Source: a virus
Taxonomy: Duplodnaviria > Caudoviricetes
Direction: 5' to 3' (one strand)
IMG/VR virus record: IMGVR_UViG_3300042294_005616
Span: 1 to 57,255 of that record
DNA: 57,255 bases
Shown: in pieces, positions 16,697 through 27,798 of the stretch
Position numbering within the stretch: the stretch's first letter is position 1
How the letters are laid out: every line of letters begins with the position of its first letter
Program-made: the position numbers and the translations under genes
Notes under the pieces: model-generated
Seen by the model: the letters and a program-made list of their open reading frames with translations, nothing else
Told to the model about the DNA's origin: nothing
Databases searched by the model: none

Positions 16697-19426
16697 ATGT
16701 ATCAATCGGTTTTCTATAATAGATTACCCGGAGAAGATCAGTGGCATTACTATCTCAGGGACGATAAAAAAGGAATACACAAATTCCAATATTGGCCTAC
16801 TGTATATAAACTTGACGAAGAGGGGGAATATGAAACACTATTTGGTGATAGATGTTCTGCCCTCCAAGGCAAGTATGATAGAAAAGATCATACTATTCTA
16901 GAAAAAGATATTGACCGTGAACTTGTATTGTTGAGGGATCTGTACTACAAGACGGATGAAATGCCTTCATACCACAATACAGTTTATCTGGATATTGAGA
17001 TTGAAATTTTAGGTGCACTTACACCAACCACAATTAAAGAAGCAAATGCTGAGATAACTGCAATTGCTTTAATTGATACTTCTACCAAAGAAAAAATATG
17101 TTTTATTTTAGACAAAGAAGGTAAAATAGAAGATATTGACCAAGATGGTAAAAAAGTAATTCCATGTGCAACTGAAGATACTTTACTACGTAAGTTTTTA
17201 TTGAAATGGGAACAAATGGATCCTACAATTGTTGTAGGTTACAACAGTGATTTCTTTGATATCCCATACTTGTACTACCGAATCAAGAAAAAACTAGGAG
17301 ATGAAGTATACCGCTTATCCCCAGTAGGTAAAATTGAAGAAGTTATATCCCAACCAAATTCCCCAATTCGTATTGGTTTAGTTAATAGTCTAGACTATAT
17401 GTTGTTGCTTCGTAAGTATATTATGAAGGAAGAACCATCATATAAACTAGGTGATATTGGAACCAAATATGCTAAGTTAGGTAAAATTGAATACAATGGT
17501 AGTTTGGATACATTGTTTAGAGAAGATCCAAACAAATTCATTGACTATAACATTCGAGATGTTGAAATCATTGAAGCGCTAGAGGAAAAACAGAAGTTTA
17601 TTGAATTGACTATCTTGATTTCCCACTTGTGCCATACACCATACGAATCAATTTACTATAATACTGCATTAAACGAGGGTGCTATTTTAACGTATCTAAA
17701 ACGTAAAAATATTATTGCACCAAACAAACCAACAACTACTAATCCTACAATTAGGGATTTGGAATTGGGTGATCATATTGTACATCAACGAGGTACTCCT
17801 ACAATTGAAGGTACAGTATATAGCTTTGAGGACAAGCAGATTATAGTCAAAACAATGGCTGGAAAATATATTTCTCGTAGTCCAAGAACAGTCAAGAAAA
17901 AAGACAGTTACGCAGGTGGATACTTACTTGATCCTATTCCAGGACTATATTCAGATGTGAGTGACCTTGACTTTACCTCACTATACCCTTCAATTATCAA
18001 ATCATTAAACTTGGGTGTTGAAACATTGGTAGGTAGAATTGTTACAAAAAACAATTACGAGCAATATAATTCACTCGAGCAATTAAAGAAACGTGATCCC
18101 GAAGAAAAAATACATATCCAAAAACTAAATAAGTATTCGTATCAACTTAAAGATGCTACTATATCTGTTGGTGCTTTAATTCGTTTAATTGAAGACAATA
18201 ACTGGACAATAGCAGCTAGTGGAGCGTTCTTTACTAATGATAAGAAAAGTATTGCTTGCGAGGTACTTGAGGATTGGTTCAATCAGCGAGAACATTATCG
18301 AGCACTCAAGAAAAGCGCAGGTAAAGCGGAAGATTGGGCCAATTACAAATTATATGACTTGTATCAAATGGCATTTAAAATCTTGCAAAATGCATTGTAT
18401 GGTACTTATGCTATCAACTCATGGCGCTTTACAGATGGATTTAAAATATGTTCTGCAGGTATTACAAATAGTGGTCAACGTTTAACTAAAGAATCTATTG
18501 CTTTTGTAAACAAATACATTTCGGATCAATTAGATATTGACCCTAGAGATTTTGTGATTGCATCTGATACCGATTCACTTTATATGGAATTGACTGATTT
18601 GCTTAAACATCGAAACCCTGATTTGAACTACGAGGACCGTGAAGAAAAAATCAAACGATTATTAGTTTTGACAGAGGAACTCCAAGATGTAGCAAACGCG
18701 AATCTAAACAATATTACGCAGGATCTGTACAATATGACTGGTGATCACCACTTCGTATTAAAACAAGAGGTAATCGCTGAAAAAGCGTATTGGTCTGGAA
18801 AACGCCGTTATGCAATGTATATTGTAAACAAAGAAGGTGTACCTATTGAGGAACTAGAGATGAAGGGACTAGACATTATGAAATCTAATTTCCCCCCTTA
18901 CTTTAGAAACTTTGGAGAAGAGCTAATCAAATCCATTCTATTCAGTAAACCAAAAGAAGACATTGATAAAGACGTAATGGACTTTAAAAATTCAATGCAA
19001 ACGGTAGAGTGGATTAAGTTGCTTAAACCAACTGGATTGAAAAAAATGGGTGAATATATTGAACGTAGACCTATGGCTGGTGAATTGTTCTCTAAATTGA
19101 AATTGAAATGTCCCGTAAATACAAAATCTGCTATAATCTATAACGATTTTTTACGTTACAAGAAACTCAATGTAAAGTATCCTGAATTTACAATTGGAGA
19201 TAAAATGTATATTGCTTATTTGAAACCAAACCCATATCAAATTGAGGTAATTGGTTACAATGGCTACAATGATCCACCTGAAATCACTGAGTTGATCAAC
19301 AAATATATTGATCGTGATGGTTTATTTGATAGTGTAATTCGAAATAAATTAGAAACAGTATACAATGATATTGGATGGGTGCTTAATTTGAACCCATTTA
19401 AAGCTAAATTCTTCAATTTCAGCTAG
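16697..19426 (+). CDS. Family B DNA polymerase (T4 gp43-like)
   Basis: Exonuclease LDIE, GYNSDFFD, YNIRDV; polymerase DFTSLYPS, K...NALYG, SDTDS, KRRY, KG. Confidence 0.96.
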   Translation: MYQSVFYNRLPGEDQWHYYLRDDKKGIHKFQYWPTVYKLDEEGEYETLFGDRCSALQGKYDRKDHTILEKDIDRELVLLRDLYYKTDEMPSYHNTVYLDIEIEILGALTPTTIKEANAEITAIALIDTSTKEKICFILDKEGKIEDIDQDGKKVIPCATEDTLLRKFLLKWEQMDPTIVVGYNSDFFDIPYLYYRIKKKLGDEVYRLSPVGKIEEVISQPNSPIRIGLVNSLDYMLLLRKYIMKEEPSYKLGDIGTKYAKLGKIEYNGSLDTLFREDPNKFIDYNIRDVEIIEALEEKQKFIELTILISHLCHTPYESIYYNTALNEGAILTYLKRKNIIAPNKPTTTNPTIRDLELGDHIVHQRGTPTIEGTVYSFEDKQIIVKTMAGKYISRSPRTVKKKDSYAGGYLLDPIPGLYSDVSDLDFTSLYPSIIKSLNLGVETLVGRIVTKNNYEQYNSLEQLKKRDPEEKIHIQKLNKYSYQLKDATISVGALIRLIEDNNWTIAASGAFFTNDKKSIACEVLEDWFNQREHYRALKKSAGKAEDWANYKLYDLYQMAFKILQNALYGTYAINSWRFTDGFKICSAGITNSGQRLTKESIAFVNKYISDQLDIDPRDFVIASDTDSLYMELTDLLKHRNPDLNYEDREEKIKRLLVLTEELQDVANANLNNITQDLYNMTGDHHFVLKQEVIAEKAYWSGKRRYAMYIVNKEGVPIEELEMKGLDIMKSNFPPYFRNFGEELIKSILFSKPKEDIDKDVMDFKNSMQTVEWIKLLKPTGLKKMGEYIERRPMAGELFSKLKLKCPVNTKSAIIYNDFLRYKKLNVKYPEFTIGDKMYIAYLKPNPYQIEVIGYNGYNDPPEITELINKYIDRDGLFDSVIRNKLETVYNDIGWVLNLNPFKAKFFNFS

Positions 19427-19458
19427 GATATTTAAAATATTTTTCTTATCTTTAACAC

Positions 19459-20193
19459 ATGGTAAATAAATTAGTTCTACAATCGGTTATAAACAAATAC
19501 TACTTAGGCGAAAACGAATCCGTTAAGTGGAAAATCAAAGACAAAACATTATCTATTGACTTTATGTCTGTAAACAAAGAAGTCATAGGTAAAGTTATTC
19601 ATACAGGTTTTGATGTTGAAGACAGTGAATTAGCTATCTTTGACACCAAAAAACTACTTAACCTACTTAGCATCACTCAAGGTGATCTAATCTTTGAATT
19701 AGAGAAAGGCAAATCGGTTTATACCAAAATGAAATTTGCAGATGAGTCATTTAACTTGACTTATGCACTTGCCGATCCACTTTTGATTGGTAAAGTAGGT
19801 TCTGTAACTGAACCGCAATGGGATGCAGTTTTACCTCTAGAAAAAGAACATGTCGATAATTTAGTTAAAGCAAAGAATGCTTTAGCAGGTATTGGTTCAA
19901 TGACACTTTCAATTGATATTGATTTAAATGGAGATAATATGTGTGTATTCACATTTGGAGATGAGCAAGGCCACAACAACAAAATCACCTACCAAATGTA
20001 TGGTACAATTAAACAAGAGAAAGTTGAAATCCCATTCAACTCAGACATGTTTAGAAACATACTCAAAGAAAACAAAGACCTAGAAAGTGGAAATATCTAC
20101 TTGAGCTACCAGGGCCTAATGAAACTTGAATTCAAATCAGAAGACACAACATGCGAATACTATATGGTTCGTAGAGAAGAAAGTGCCTTCTAA
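19459..20193 (+). CDS. Putative sliding clamp (gp45/PCNA-like)
   Basis: 244 aa alpha/beta protein right after the polymerase; AIFD..KLL motif, C-terminal Y-Y-M-V strand. Confidence 0.65.
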   Translation: MVNKLVLQSVINKYYLGENESVKWKIKDKTLSIDFMSVNKEVIGKVIHTGFDVEDSELAIFDTKKLLNLLSITQGDLIFELEKGKSVYTKMKFADESFNLTYALADPLLIGKVGSVTEPQWDAVLPLEKEHVDNLVKAKNALAGIGSMTLSIDIDLNGDNMCVFTFGDEQGHNNKITYQMYGTIKQEKVEIPFNSDMFRNILKENKDLESGNIYLSYQGLMKLEFKSEDTTCEYYMVRREESAF

Positions 20194-20208
20194 TATGTAT
20201 AATAGAAT

Positions 20209-20237
20209 TAGGAAATTCAAATTAGTTTTCGTATATT
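20209..20237 (+). promoter_or_regulatory. Early promoter TAG-N20-TATATT
   Basis: TTCGTATATT at 20228 with conserved spacing. Confidence 0.55.
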
Positions 20238-20261
20238 ATAGTTATAAATTAAAAGTTAGTT

Positions 20262-20614
20262 ATGCAAGAAACAAAACGACGAGGTCGTCCTGCTCGGGAC
20301 GAAAATGACACACAATCAAACTTATGTACAATTAAAGACCCCGCAATGGAGCCTTTTTATATTGTAAAGGATGCTACAAACTTTACAGTAATGGAAAGAT
20401 CTGTTGCTACAAGAGGTTTTGGAGGTGGTAAAGCATCTGGTAAAGAAACTGAAAAAGTAGTAGGCTACTACAGTAACTTTGCAAATGCTGTAAACCGCAT
20501 CTCAAAAGAAAAGTTTTATCAAAATCAAGGTGAGTACGAAACCATTCAAGAGTACCTCAACACCTGGAATACAGTTAAAGAAGGAATGGAATCAATGTTA
20601 AACAAATTAGAAAT

Positions 20615-20618
<4 letters not shown>
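20262..20618 (+). CDS. Hypothetical protein with an N-terminal AT-hook
   Basis: KRRGRPAR; downstream VGYY motif. Confidence 0.6.
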
Positions 20619-22550
<1,932 letters not shown>

Positions 22551-22551
22551 T

Positions 22552-22815
22552 ATGAAAACTGAACAAGTAGAATATAACGAACTTATCGCAACACGAGTAC
22601 CCCCTGGAGATCAGTGGGTGCTCGTAAACGATAAAAGTAAAGTCATTCACAAGTCACTTACTGATGCTTTAGAGGCATGGTTTGAAGCAAACCAAGAAAA
22701 GGCAGAGTTCCGTTTAGCTCCTTTGGACAGTAAACTATATGTTATTCGAAGTGAGGTAAAAGAAATTCAACCCGAACCAGTTAAACGCTTTAACATTTAC
22801 GGAGACCCACAGTAA
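22552..22815 (+). CDS. Hypothetical protein
   Basis: Coupled to groEL; IA.RVPPGD.W motif. Confidence 0.55.
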   Translation: MKTEQVEYNELIATRVPPGDQWVLVNDKSKVIHKSLTDALEAWFEANQEKAEFRLAPLDSKLYVIRSEVKEIQPEPVKRFNIYGDPQ

Positions 22816-22830
22816 CGGGTCTCCTTTTTT
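22801..22830 (+). terminator. Rho-independent terminator followed by a late-type motif
   Basis: GGAGACCC..GGGTCTCC then T6, then ACATATTTATA. Confidence 0.65.
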
Positions 22831-22844
22831 ACATATTTATAATT

Positions 22845-23807
22845 ATGAAATTGACAGACATTCTACGCGAAATCGAAGGAGAAGAAGATGGTATGCAACA
22901 AGTAAAGGTTCGTTATGACCTTGCTGTTGAACCTGCTGATCTCGACAAAGCATTAGCTGCTTTAAACGATCCTAAAACATATGGTATCTACGCACAAAAC
23001 ATGCGAGATCCAAAAGCTATTGTAAAAGCATTCGGACCTTCAATTCCTGCACAAAAAGCAGGAGCTGCTTGGAAAGATTGGGATTCTCGCTCGGATGATG
23101 AAAAAGCATTCAAAATAATTGATATCAAAAACAGAGTACCTGAAGCATGGGCTAAAGCAGAAGCTGAAGCAGAAGCAGGCTATGAAAAATGGCAAGCAGA
23201 AGGAAATGATGGTAGCTTAAACGACTATTTATTTTCACTTTCAGGTAAAGAACTTCCAAAAGACATTATCGGAAAATACGGAGCCAATTATTACCCAATG
23301 AAAACCCCAGACAATTTGAAAAAATATGGTGGTAAATTGGAACAAGACATTCACTATGTAGTAAAAGATGGTAAAATTGTTTTTCCTTCAACACTAGAAA
23401 ATCCATATAAAACAAAACCATACTTGTCCAAAGTATTGAAAACAATTATGGACAATGCAGGAGTGGATTTTAAACTAGTAGATGTTGAACAAGATGTAGA
23501 AGCACCTAAAACTGTAGAAAAACCAAAAGCAGAAACAGTTGCTCCCTTATCTTACACAGCTGACACCTTAGACAAAGCAGAAAAAGCAAGAACTGCATTC
23601 CAAAAAGAAATTGGAGATGTTCCAACAGCAAAATACGAAATTGAACCTGTTAAAGCAGACGGAGAAACCAAATACAAACTTGTAGTAACAGGCATCTCAG
23701 CTGACCAAAGAGCAAAACTATTTACTAAGAAAACAACGTTAAAAGAAGAGCAAGATTTTGACCTTGAAAGATATCAAATGTTAAGACGAGCTGGAATAAT
23801 TAAGTAA
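22845..23807 (+). CDS. Putative virion head/internal protein
   Basis: MKLTDILRE start, C-terminal RYQMLRRAGIIK, late-type motif upstream. Confidence 0.55.
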   Translation: MKLTDILREIEGEEDGMQQVKVRYDLAVEPADLDKALAALNDPKTYGIYAQNMRDPKAIVKAFGPSIPAQKAGAAWKDWDSRSDDEKAFKIIDIKNRVPEAWAKAEAEAEAGYEKWQAEGNDGSLNDYLFSLSGKELPKDIIGKYGANYYPMKTPDNLKKYGGKLEQDIHYVVKDGKIVFPSTLENPYKTKPYLSKVLKTIMDNAGVDFKLVDVEQDVEAPKTVEKPKAETVAPLSYTADTLDKAEKARTAFQKEIGDVPTAKYEIEPVKADGETKYKLVVTGISADQRAKLFTKKTTLKEEQDFDLERYQMLRRAGIIK

Positions 23808-23808
23808 G

Positions 23809-24540
23809 ATGAAACAAAAAGAATTAAAAGAAGCTATTTTTGATATGTTTAGAAAGTCTAAAGAGACTTCTAGCGAACCTCAAGCACCAAAATTCAAATC
23901 TATCGACTCAATGTTGGGTGGTAAAATGAATTTAACTGCAGGTGATTTTGCTCAATTAAATCCAAATACACCAGCTGATGAGCTTAAAAAAGCTTTTAGA
24001 ACAGCATATTTGAGAGGTAATATTGAAAGTCAAAAAAGTTTAAAATCGTTACTTGATAAAGAACCTTACAGTGAGTTAAAAGATTTAGTAGATCAAATCG
24101 ATAATGCTAAATTAGAAAAACCAATGTCTAAACTAGGAGCTTCAGACACTCAATCAGTTAGAAGAAGCAGCAGTGGTTTTCCTGGTTTAAGTGAAGAACT
24201 TTTACGTATGCAAAAACTAGCTGGTATTATTACTGAAGCTGAAGGTAGAAATTTATACACTACAGCTGGTCAAATGATTTCTCAAGTTGGGTTATTTACC
24301 CAAGAACTAGCAGACGAATTAGAAGCAGAAGGTAGAGGAAACTTATATCGTTTCTTTGACACCCCAGAAGAAAAAGCTGAGTTAATTAAAATCTCAGAAG
24401 GATACCAAGCATACTTAGCTAAAGTAAAAGCAATGATGGATGAATTAATGAGTGATCCAATGTACCAAGTTGCAGTAGGTGATGCAGGTAGAAATACCAA
24501 TCCATTAGAAAAAGCTTATATGAGAGCAAAAAATATTTAA
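23809..24540 (+). CDS. Putative virion head/internal protein
   Basis: Internal LSEELLRMQKLAGIITE motif. Confidence 0.55.
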   Translation: MKQKELKEAIFDMFRKSKETSSEPQAPKFKSIDSMLGGKMNLTAGDFAQLNPNTPADELKKAFRTAYLRGNIESQKSLKSLLDKEPYSELKDLVDQIDNAKLEKPMSKLGASDTQSVRRSSSGFPGLSEELLRMQKLAGIITEAEGRNLYTTAGQMISQVGLFTQELADELEAEGRGNLYRFFDTPEEKAELIKISEGYQAYLAKVKAMMDELMSDPMYQVAVGDAGRNTNPLEKAYMRAKNI

Positions 24541-24544
24541 ATAA

Positions 24545-24571
24545 AGAGCTTGTCTATGACAAGCTTTTTTT
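24545..24571 (+). terminator. Rho-independent terminator
   Basis: AGCTTGTC-tat-GACAAGCT then T-tract. Confidence 0.6.
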
Positions 24572-24584
24572 GTATAATACGGTT

Positions 24585-25493
24585 ATGAAAGAAAATACGT
24601 TATATGTAGAACGTTTTCGCCCTACTGAACTACAATATTATGTAGGTAATGAAAACGTCAAAGAAACAATTCAAAAATACCTTGATCAAGGTGATATTCA
24701 AAATTTCATTTTTTATGGACCTGCAGGTACAGGTAAAACTACCCTAGCTAAAATTATCGTTAAAAATCTAGATTGCGATTATCTTTATATAAACGCATCT
24801 GATGAAAACGGAATCGATACTATTCGAGAGAAAGTAAAGGGGTTTGCTAGTGCTGCATCTTGGAAAGGTATTAAAGTAGTAATCCTAGATGAAGCAGATT
24901 TTATTACCATCCAGGGACAAGCCGCTTTACGAAACGTAATCGAAACATTCTCTCGCTCAACTCGTTTTATCTTAACTTGTAACTTTGTAGAGCGAATCAT
25001 TGACCCACTCCAATCACGTTGCCAGGTACTTAAAATTGTACCACCAACAAAAATGGATGTGTACAACCATTTAACTTGGATATTAGCTGATCAATTGAGC
25101 TTGTCTTATACACCCGAAGATATCAAGTCACTGATTTTAAAGTACTATCCCGATATGCGTAAAATGTTAAACGTTTTACAAATGTCTGTAAAGGATGATG
25201 CTGTTGTACTTGATGAAACAGTATTGACCTCTACAAGCTATATCAAAGAGGTATTAAAAGAACTAGCAGGCAAGAAAAACTGGATTGCTATTAGACAAAT
25301 TATAGCAGATTCGAATACAAAGGACTTTGAGGAACTATATCGTTCACTATTTGAATACAGTTCAAAATATGCTCCAGGCAAAGAAGGTTCTGTTGCAATT
25401 ATATTAAACGAACACCTTTATCAAGCAAATTTCCGAATTGACAAAGAAATTAACGTAATGTCTGCAATTGCTAAGATAATTGAAGTAATATGA
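24585..25493 (+). CDS. Clamp loader AAA+ subunit (gp44/RFC small subunit-like)
   Basis: VERFRP, GPAGTGKT, INASDE.GID, ILDEAD, Q.ALR, P.QSRC; likely start 24585. Confidence 0.92.
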   Translation: MKENTLYVERFRPTELQYYVGNENVKETIQKYLDQGDIQNFIFYGPAGTGKTTLAKIIVKNLDCDYLYINASDENGIDTIREKVKGFASAASWKGIKVVILDEADFITIQGQAALRNVIETFSRSTRFILTCNFVERIIDPLQSRCQVLKIVPPTKMDVYNHLTWILADQLSLSYTPEDIKSLILKYYPDMRKMLNVLQMSVKDDAVVLDETVLTSTSYIKEVLKELAGKKNWIAIRQIIADSNTKDFEELYRSLFEYSSKYAPGKEGSVAIILNEHLYQANFRIDKEINVMSAIAKIIEVI

Positions 25494-25696
25494 AGCACCT
25501 ATTAAGATATACTCTTTCGTGGATATCTCAAAATTTGGCCGTACCTTTCTGGACAATCGGTCATATCCACTTGATGACAACAATATACGCTGACATACAT
25601 GAAATATTGATGTCGCTCGGAATGAACATAATTGTGGCAGCTGGGTTTATAGCTGACTTTATAGATTATAGAAAAGATAAGTTAAACAATAAATAA
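25490..25696 (+). CDS. Small membrane protein
   Basis: Two hydrophobic segments; ATGA overlap with the upstream gene. Confidence 0.5.
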   Translation: MKHLLRYTLSWISQNLAVPFWTIGHIHLMTTIYADIHEILMSLGMNIIVAAGFIADFIDYRKDKLNNK

Positions 25697-25702
25697 AACA
25701 AA

Positions 25703-25948
25703 ATGCAAGAACAACCTAGATTAAACATTGATTTCAAAAACACAACAGCCGTAACTGGTTTTGATGGTGGACAATTGTTTGGACAAGCAGTTATCCTCCG
25801 TAAAGTGTCTAAATTCTTGATTGGAGCAGATGAAGATTCACTCATTCCGATCCCAGTATTCTATGATTTGGAAAGTAAAAAAATCATCCTAGATACACTT
25901 CCTCCAGACATTCGTGAAGAATATAAAGACATTGCCCTTGACCTCTAA
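25703..25948 (+). CDS. Hypothetical protein
   Basis: Intact ORF; LRKVSKF..G...D..IPIPVF. Confidence 0.55.
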   Translation: MQEQPRLNIDFKNTTAVTGFDGGQLFGQAVILRKVSKFLIGADEDSLIPIPVFYDLESKKIILDTLPPDIREEYKDIALDL

Positions 25949-26372
25949 GAAGCAAATAAAAGATATATGGGGGTGGTTGAATGAAATCACCCTCTATAAA
26001 ACTCCCATCGAAAATATTTCGGAAGAATCATGGGACAAATGGAACTCTTACATGATACATCGATATGTATCTATGAATATAAATTATGTTGAACTAGCTA
26101 ATTTTGTTCAAACTCTACCCTACGAGAACAAGCAACAAACATATACAATTTATAGAGAGATGATTCCAAAAGCAAAAACGTTCTTGAAGTATGTCAAGTC
26201 AAGAACAAAGAGACAGCCTGCAACGTTGGTAGAGTACGTAGCAAAACATTTTGAATGTAGTTTAGGCGAAGCAGAAGAGTATATTGACCTTTTACGCGAA
26301 CATGGTGTACGACAAGTGTTGTACTCTATGGGTATAGAGGATAAAGAAGTAACTAAGTTATTAAAGAAATGA
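25914..26372 (+). CDS. Putative clamp loader small subunit (gp62-like)
   Basis: YMIHRYVSM..N..Y...IPK..FLKY..VAKHFECS..EA.EY; near the gp44-like gene; start may be TTG 25938. Confidence 0.6.
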   Translation: MKNIKTLPLTSKKQIKDIWGWLNEITLYKTPIENISEESWDKWNSYMIHRYVSMNINYVELANFVQTLPYENKQQTYTIYREMIPKAKTFLKYVKSRTKRQPATLVEYVAKHFECSLGEAEEYIDLLREHGVRQVLYSMGIEDKEVTKLLKK

Positions 26373-26623
26373 CCGCAAATAGAGAAACATTTGGAACAAA
26401 CCCAAACAACCCCCTTCAAACAAGATCAATCCATAAAACAGACTCAATTGTTGATTCAGTAATTGATCAATTTGTAAGTAGAGCCCGCTTTGGAAAAGAA
26501 AAATATGGTACTGATTTAGATAGAAACGATTTAAGTGTTTTAGATTGGATTGAACATGCCAAGCAAGAACATATGGATGCCATATTATATTTGGAAAAAC
26601 TTGAACGAATACTAAAGGGCTAA
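26369..26623 (+). CDS. Small all-alpha phage protein (possible NTP-pyrophosphatase-like)
   Basis: R...G..KYG..L.R.DL...W..H...E..D..LY. Confidence 0.5.
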   Translation: MTANRETFGTNPNNPLQTRSIHKTDSIVDSVIDQFVSRARFGKEKYGTDLDRNDLSVLDWIEHAKQEHMDAILYLEKLERILKG

Positions 26624-26646
26624 TATTTATAATAAAATACTTTAAA

Positions 26647-27336
26647 ATGGATAAAGAAACTTTCCGCATGCAAATGCTTGCTGGTGTGATCACAGAGGGT
26701 CAATACAAAGCAAAATTAGAAGAAATTGAAGCTAAAGAAAAAGAATCACTCAACGAACATGCTATTGGTGGTATTGTAGGAATTGGAGCTATTAACCAAA
26801 TCCCATCTCGCGCTAAAGAAGTATACGAAGATGCTTTTGAACATTTCTTAGGTGAACGTTACGAAATAAAACCAAACAGAGAAAGAGATGATATCAAAGA
26901 TATTAACGAAGAGGATGATGCTACTGCTGTAGGTGAAAAAGTTGAAGCTGCTGTAGAAGATAAATTAGAAGCAACAGTTGATAACTTATCTGACGAACAG
27001 AAAGATCAATTAAGAGCTGAATTAGCTAAAGCAGGTATTACTGCAGATTCAAAAATTGAAGATGTAGCTGGTAAACTTGACGAGTCATTATATGAAGCTG
27101 AAGGTGATACTAAAGCAAAAGTAGCTAGTGCTTTAAGTGATATAGGTGGTGGTTTAATGAAATCCCTTCTTGTGCCTATTATTCCAGTAGCTATTGGAAG
27201 TATGGGTCCTGGTGTTGCAGCTGGATTTGCAATTACTGCTGGAACTGCTGGTATCTTAATTGCTTTAGCTAAAGCGTTAGGTGCTGAAAAATCAATGGAA
27301 GAAGGTAAAGAAGTAGAAGAACCATACAACTACTAA
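26647..27336 (+). CDS. Putative virion head/ejected protein with a C-terminal hydrophobic hairpin
   Basis: N-terminal FRMQMLAGVITE; late motif at 26621; Gly/Ala-rich hydrophobic segments. Confidence 0.55.
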   Translation: MDKETFRMQMLAGVITEGQYKAKLEEIEAKEKESLNEHAIGGIVGIGAINQIPSRAKEVYEDAFEHFLGERYEIKPNRERDDIKDINEEDDATAVGEKVEAAVEDKLEATVDNLSDEQKDQLRAELAKAGITADSKIEDVAGKLDESLYEAEGDTKAKVASALSDIGGGLMKSLLVPIIPVAIGSMGPGVAAGFAITAGTAGILIALAKALGAEKSMEEGKEVEEPYNY

Positions 27337-27337
27337 T

Positions 27338-27571
27338 ATGAACCCAAAAGACGTAATCACAGTAGACGTTCCTCTATTTATTCGTTTACTCGAATATGCT
27401 AGAGAAGATGCTCAAACAGACATGGATTTACATGATGTGGCAGACAATATCATCTCATTAGCAGCTTCAGGTAAAACGTTAACAATGGACGACTACAGTT
27501 CTATTGTTGGATCTCAAGAAGATATTGCTGAAATTCGAATGATGCAAGTAAGAGCTGGAATCATTAAATAA
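27338..27571 (+). CDS. Small putative virion protein
   Basis: DVPLFIRLLEYAREDA; C-terminal RMMQVRAGIIK. Confidence 0.55.
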   Translation: MNPKDVITVDVPLFIRLLEYAREDAQTDMDLHDVADNIISLAASGKTLTMDDYSSIVGSQEDIAEIRMMQVRAGIIK

Positions 27572-27577
27572 GACAAG

Positions 27578-27691
27578 ATGGCAAAGGCAAGAAAAGACGG
27601 CAAGAAAAAACGCAATAAAACAAATTTGGCCAAGTATCTTAAAATGATCGCTCACAACGAACAATTGATCAGCCAGTACAAAACGGCTTAG
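27578..27691 (+). CDS. Very basic 37-aa peptide
   Basis: Read manually: MAKARKDGKKKRNKTNLAKYLK..TA*. Confidence 0.4.
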   Translation: MAKARKDGKKKRNKTNLAKYLKMIAHNEQLISQYKTA

Positions 27692-27757
27692 GACCGTTTG
27701 CTAGTTATAGCAAGAGAATACTTTTCACCGCTATCAAAGGTATTTTCAAAAGATTAA

Positions 27758-27792
27758 GAGAGCTTGGATTTTCCAAGCTCTTTTTTTATCTT
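27758..27792 (+). terminator. Terminator overlapping promoter (TTG 27764 / TATCTT 27787)
   Basis: GAGCTTGG..CCAAGCTC then T-tract. Confidence 0.6.
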
Positions 27793-27798
27793 TAAGTT

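Noticed and set aside
16697-19426. Intein or intron in the DNA polymerase
   Set aside because: The ORF is continuous, the inserts are short, and no C..HN splice termini or homing endonuclease motifs are visible
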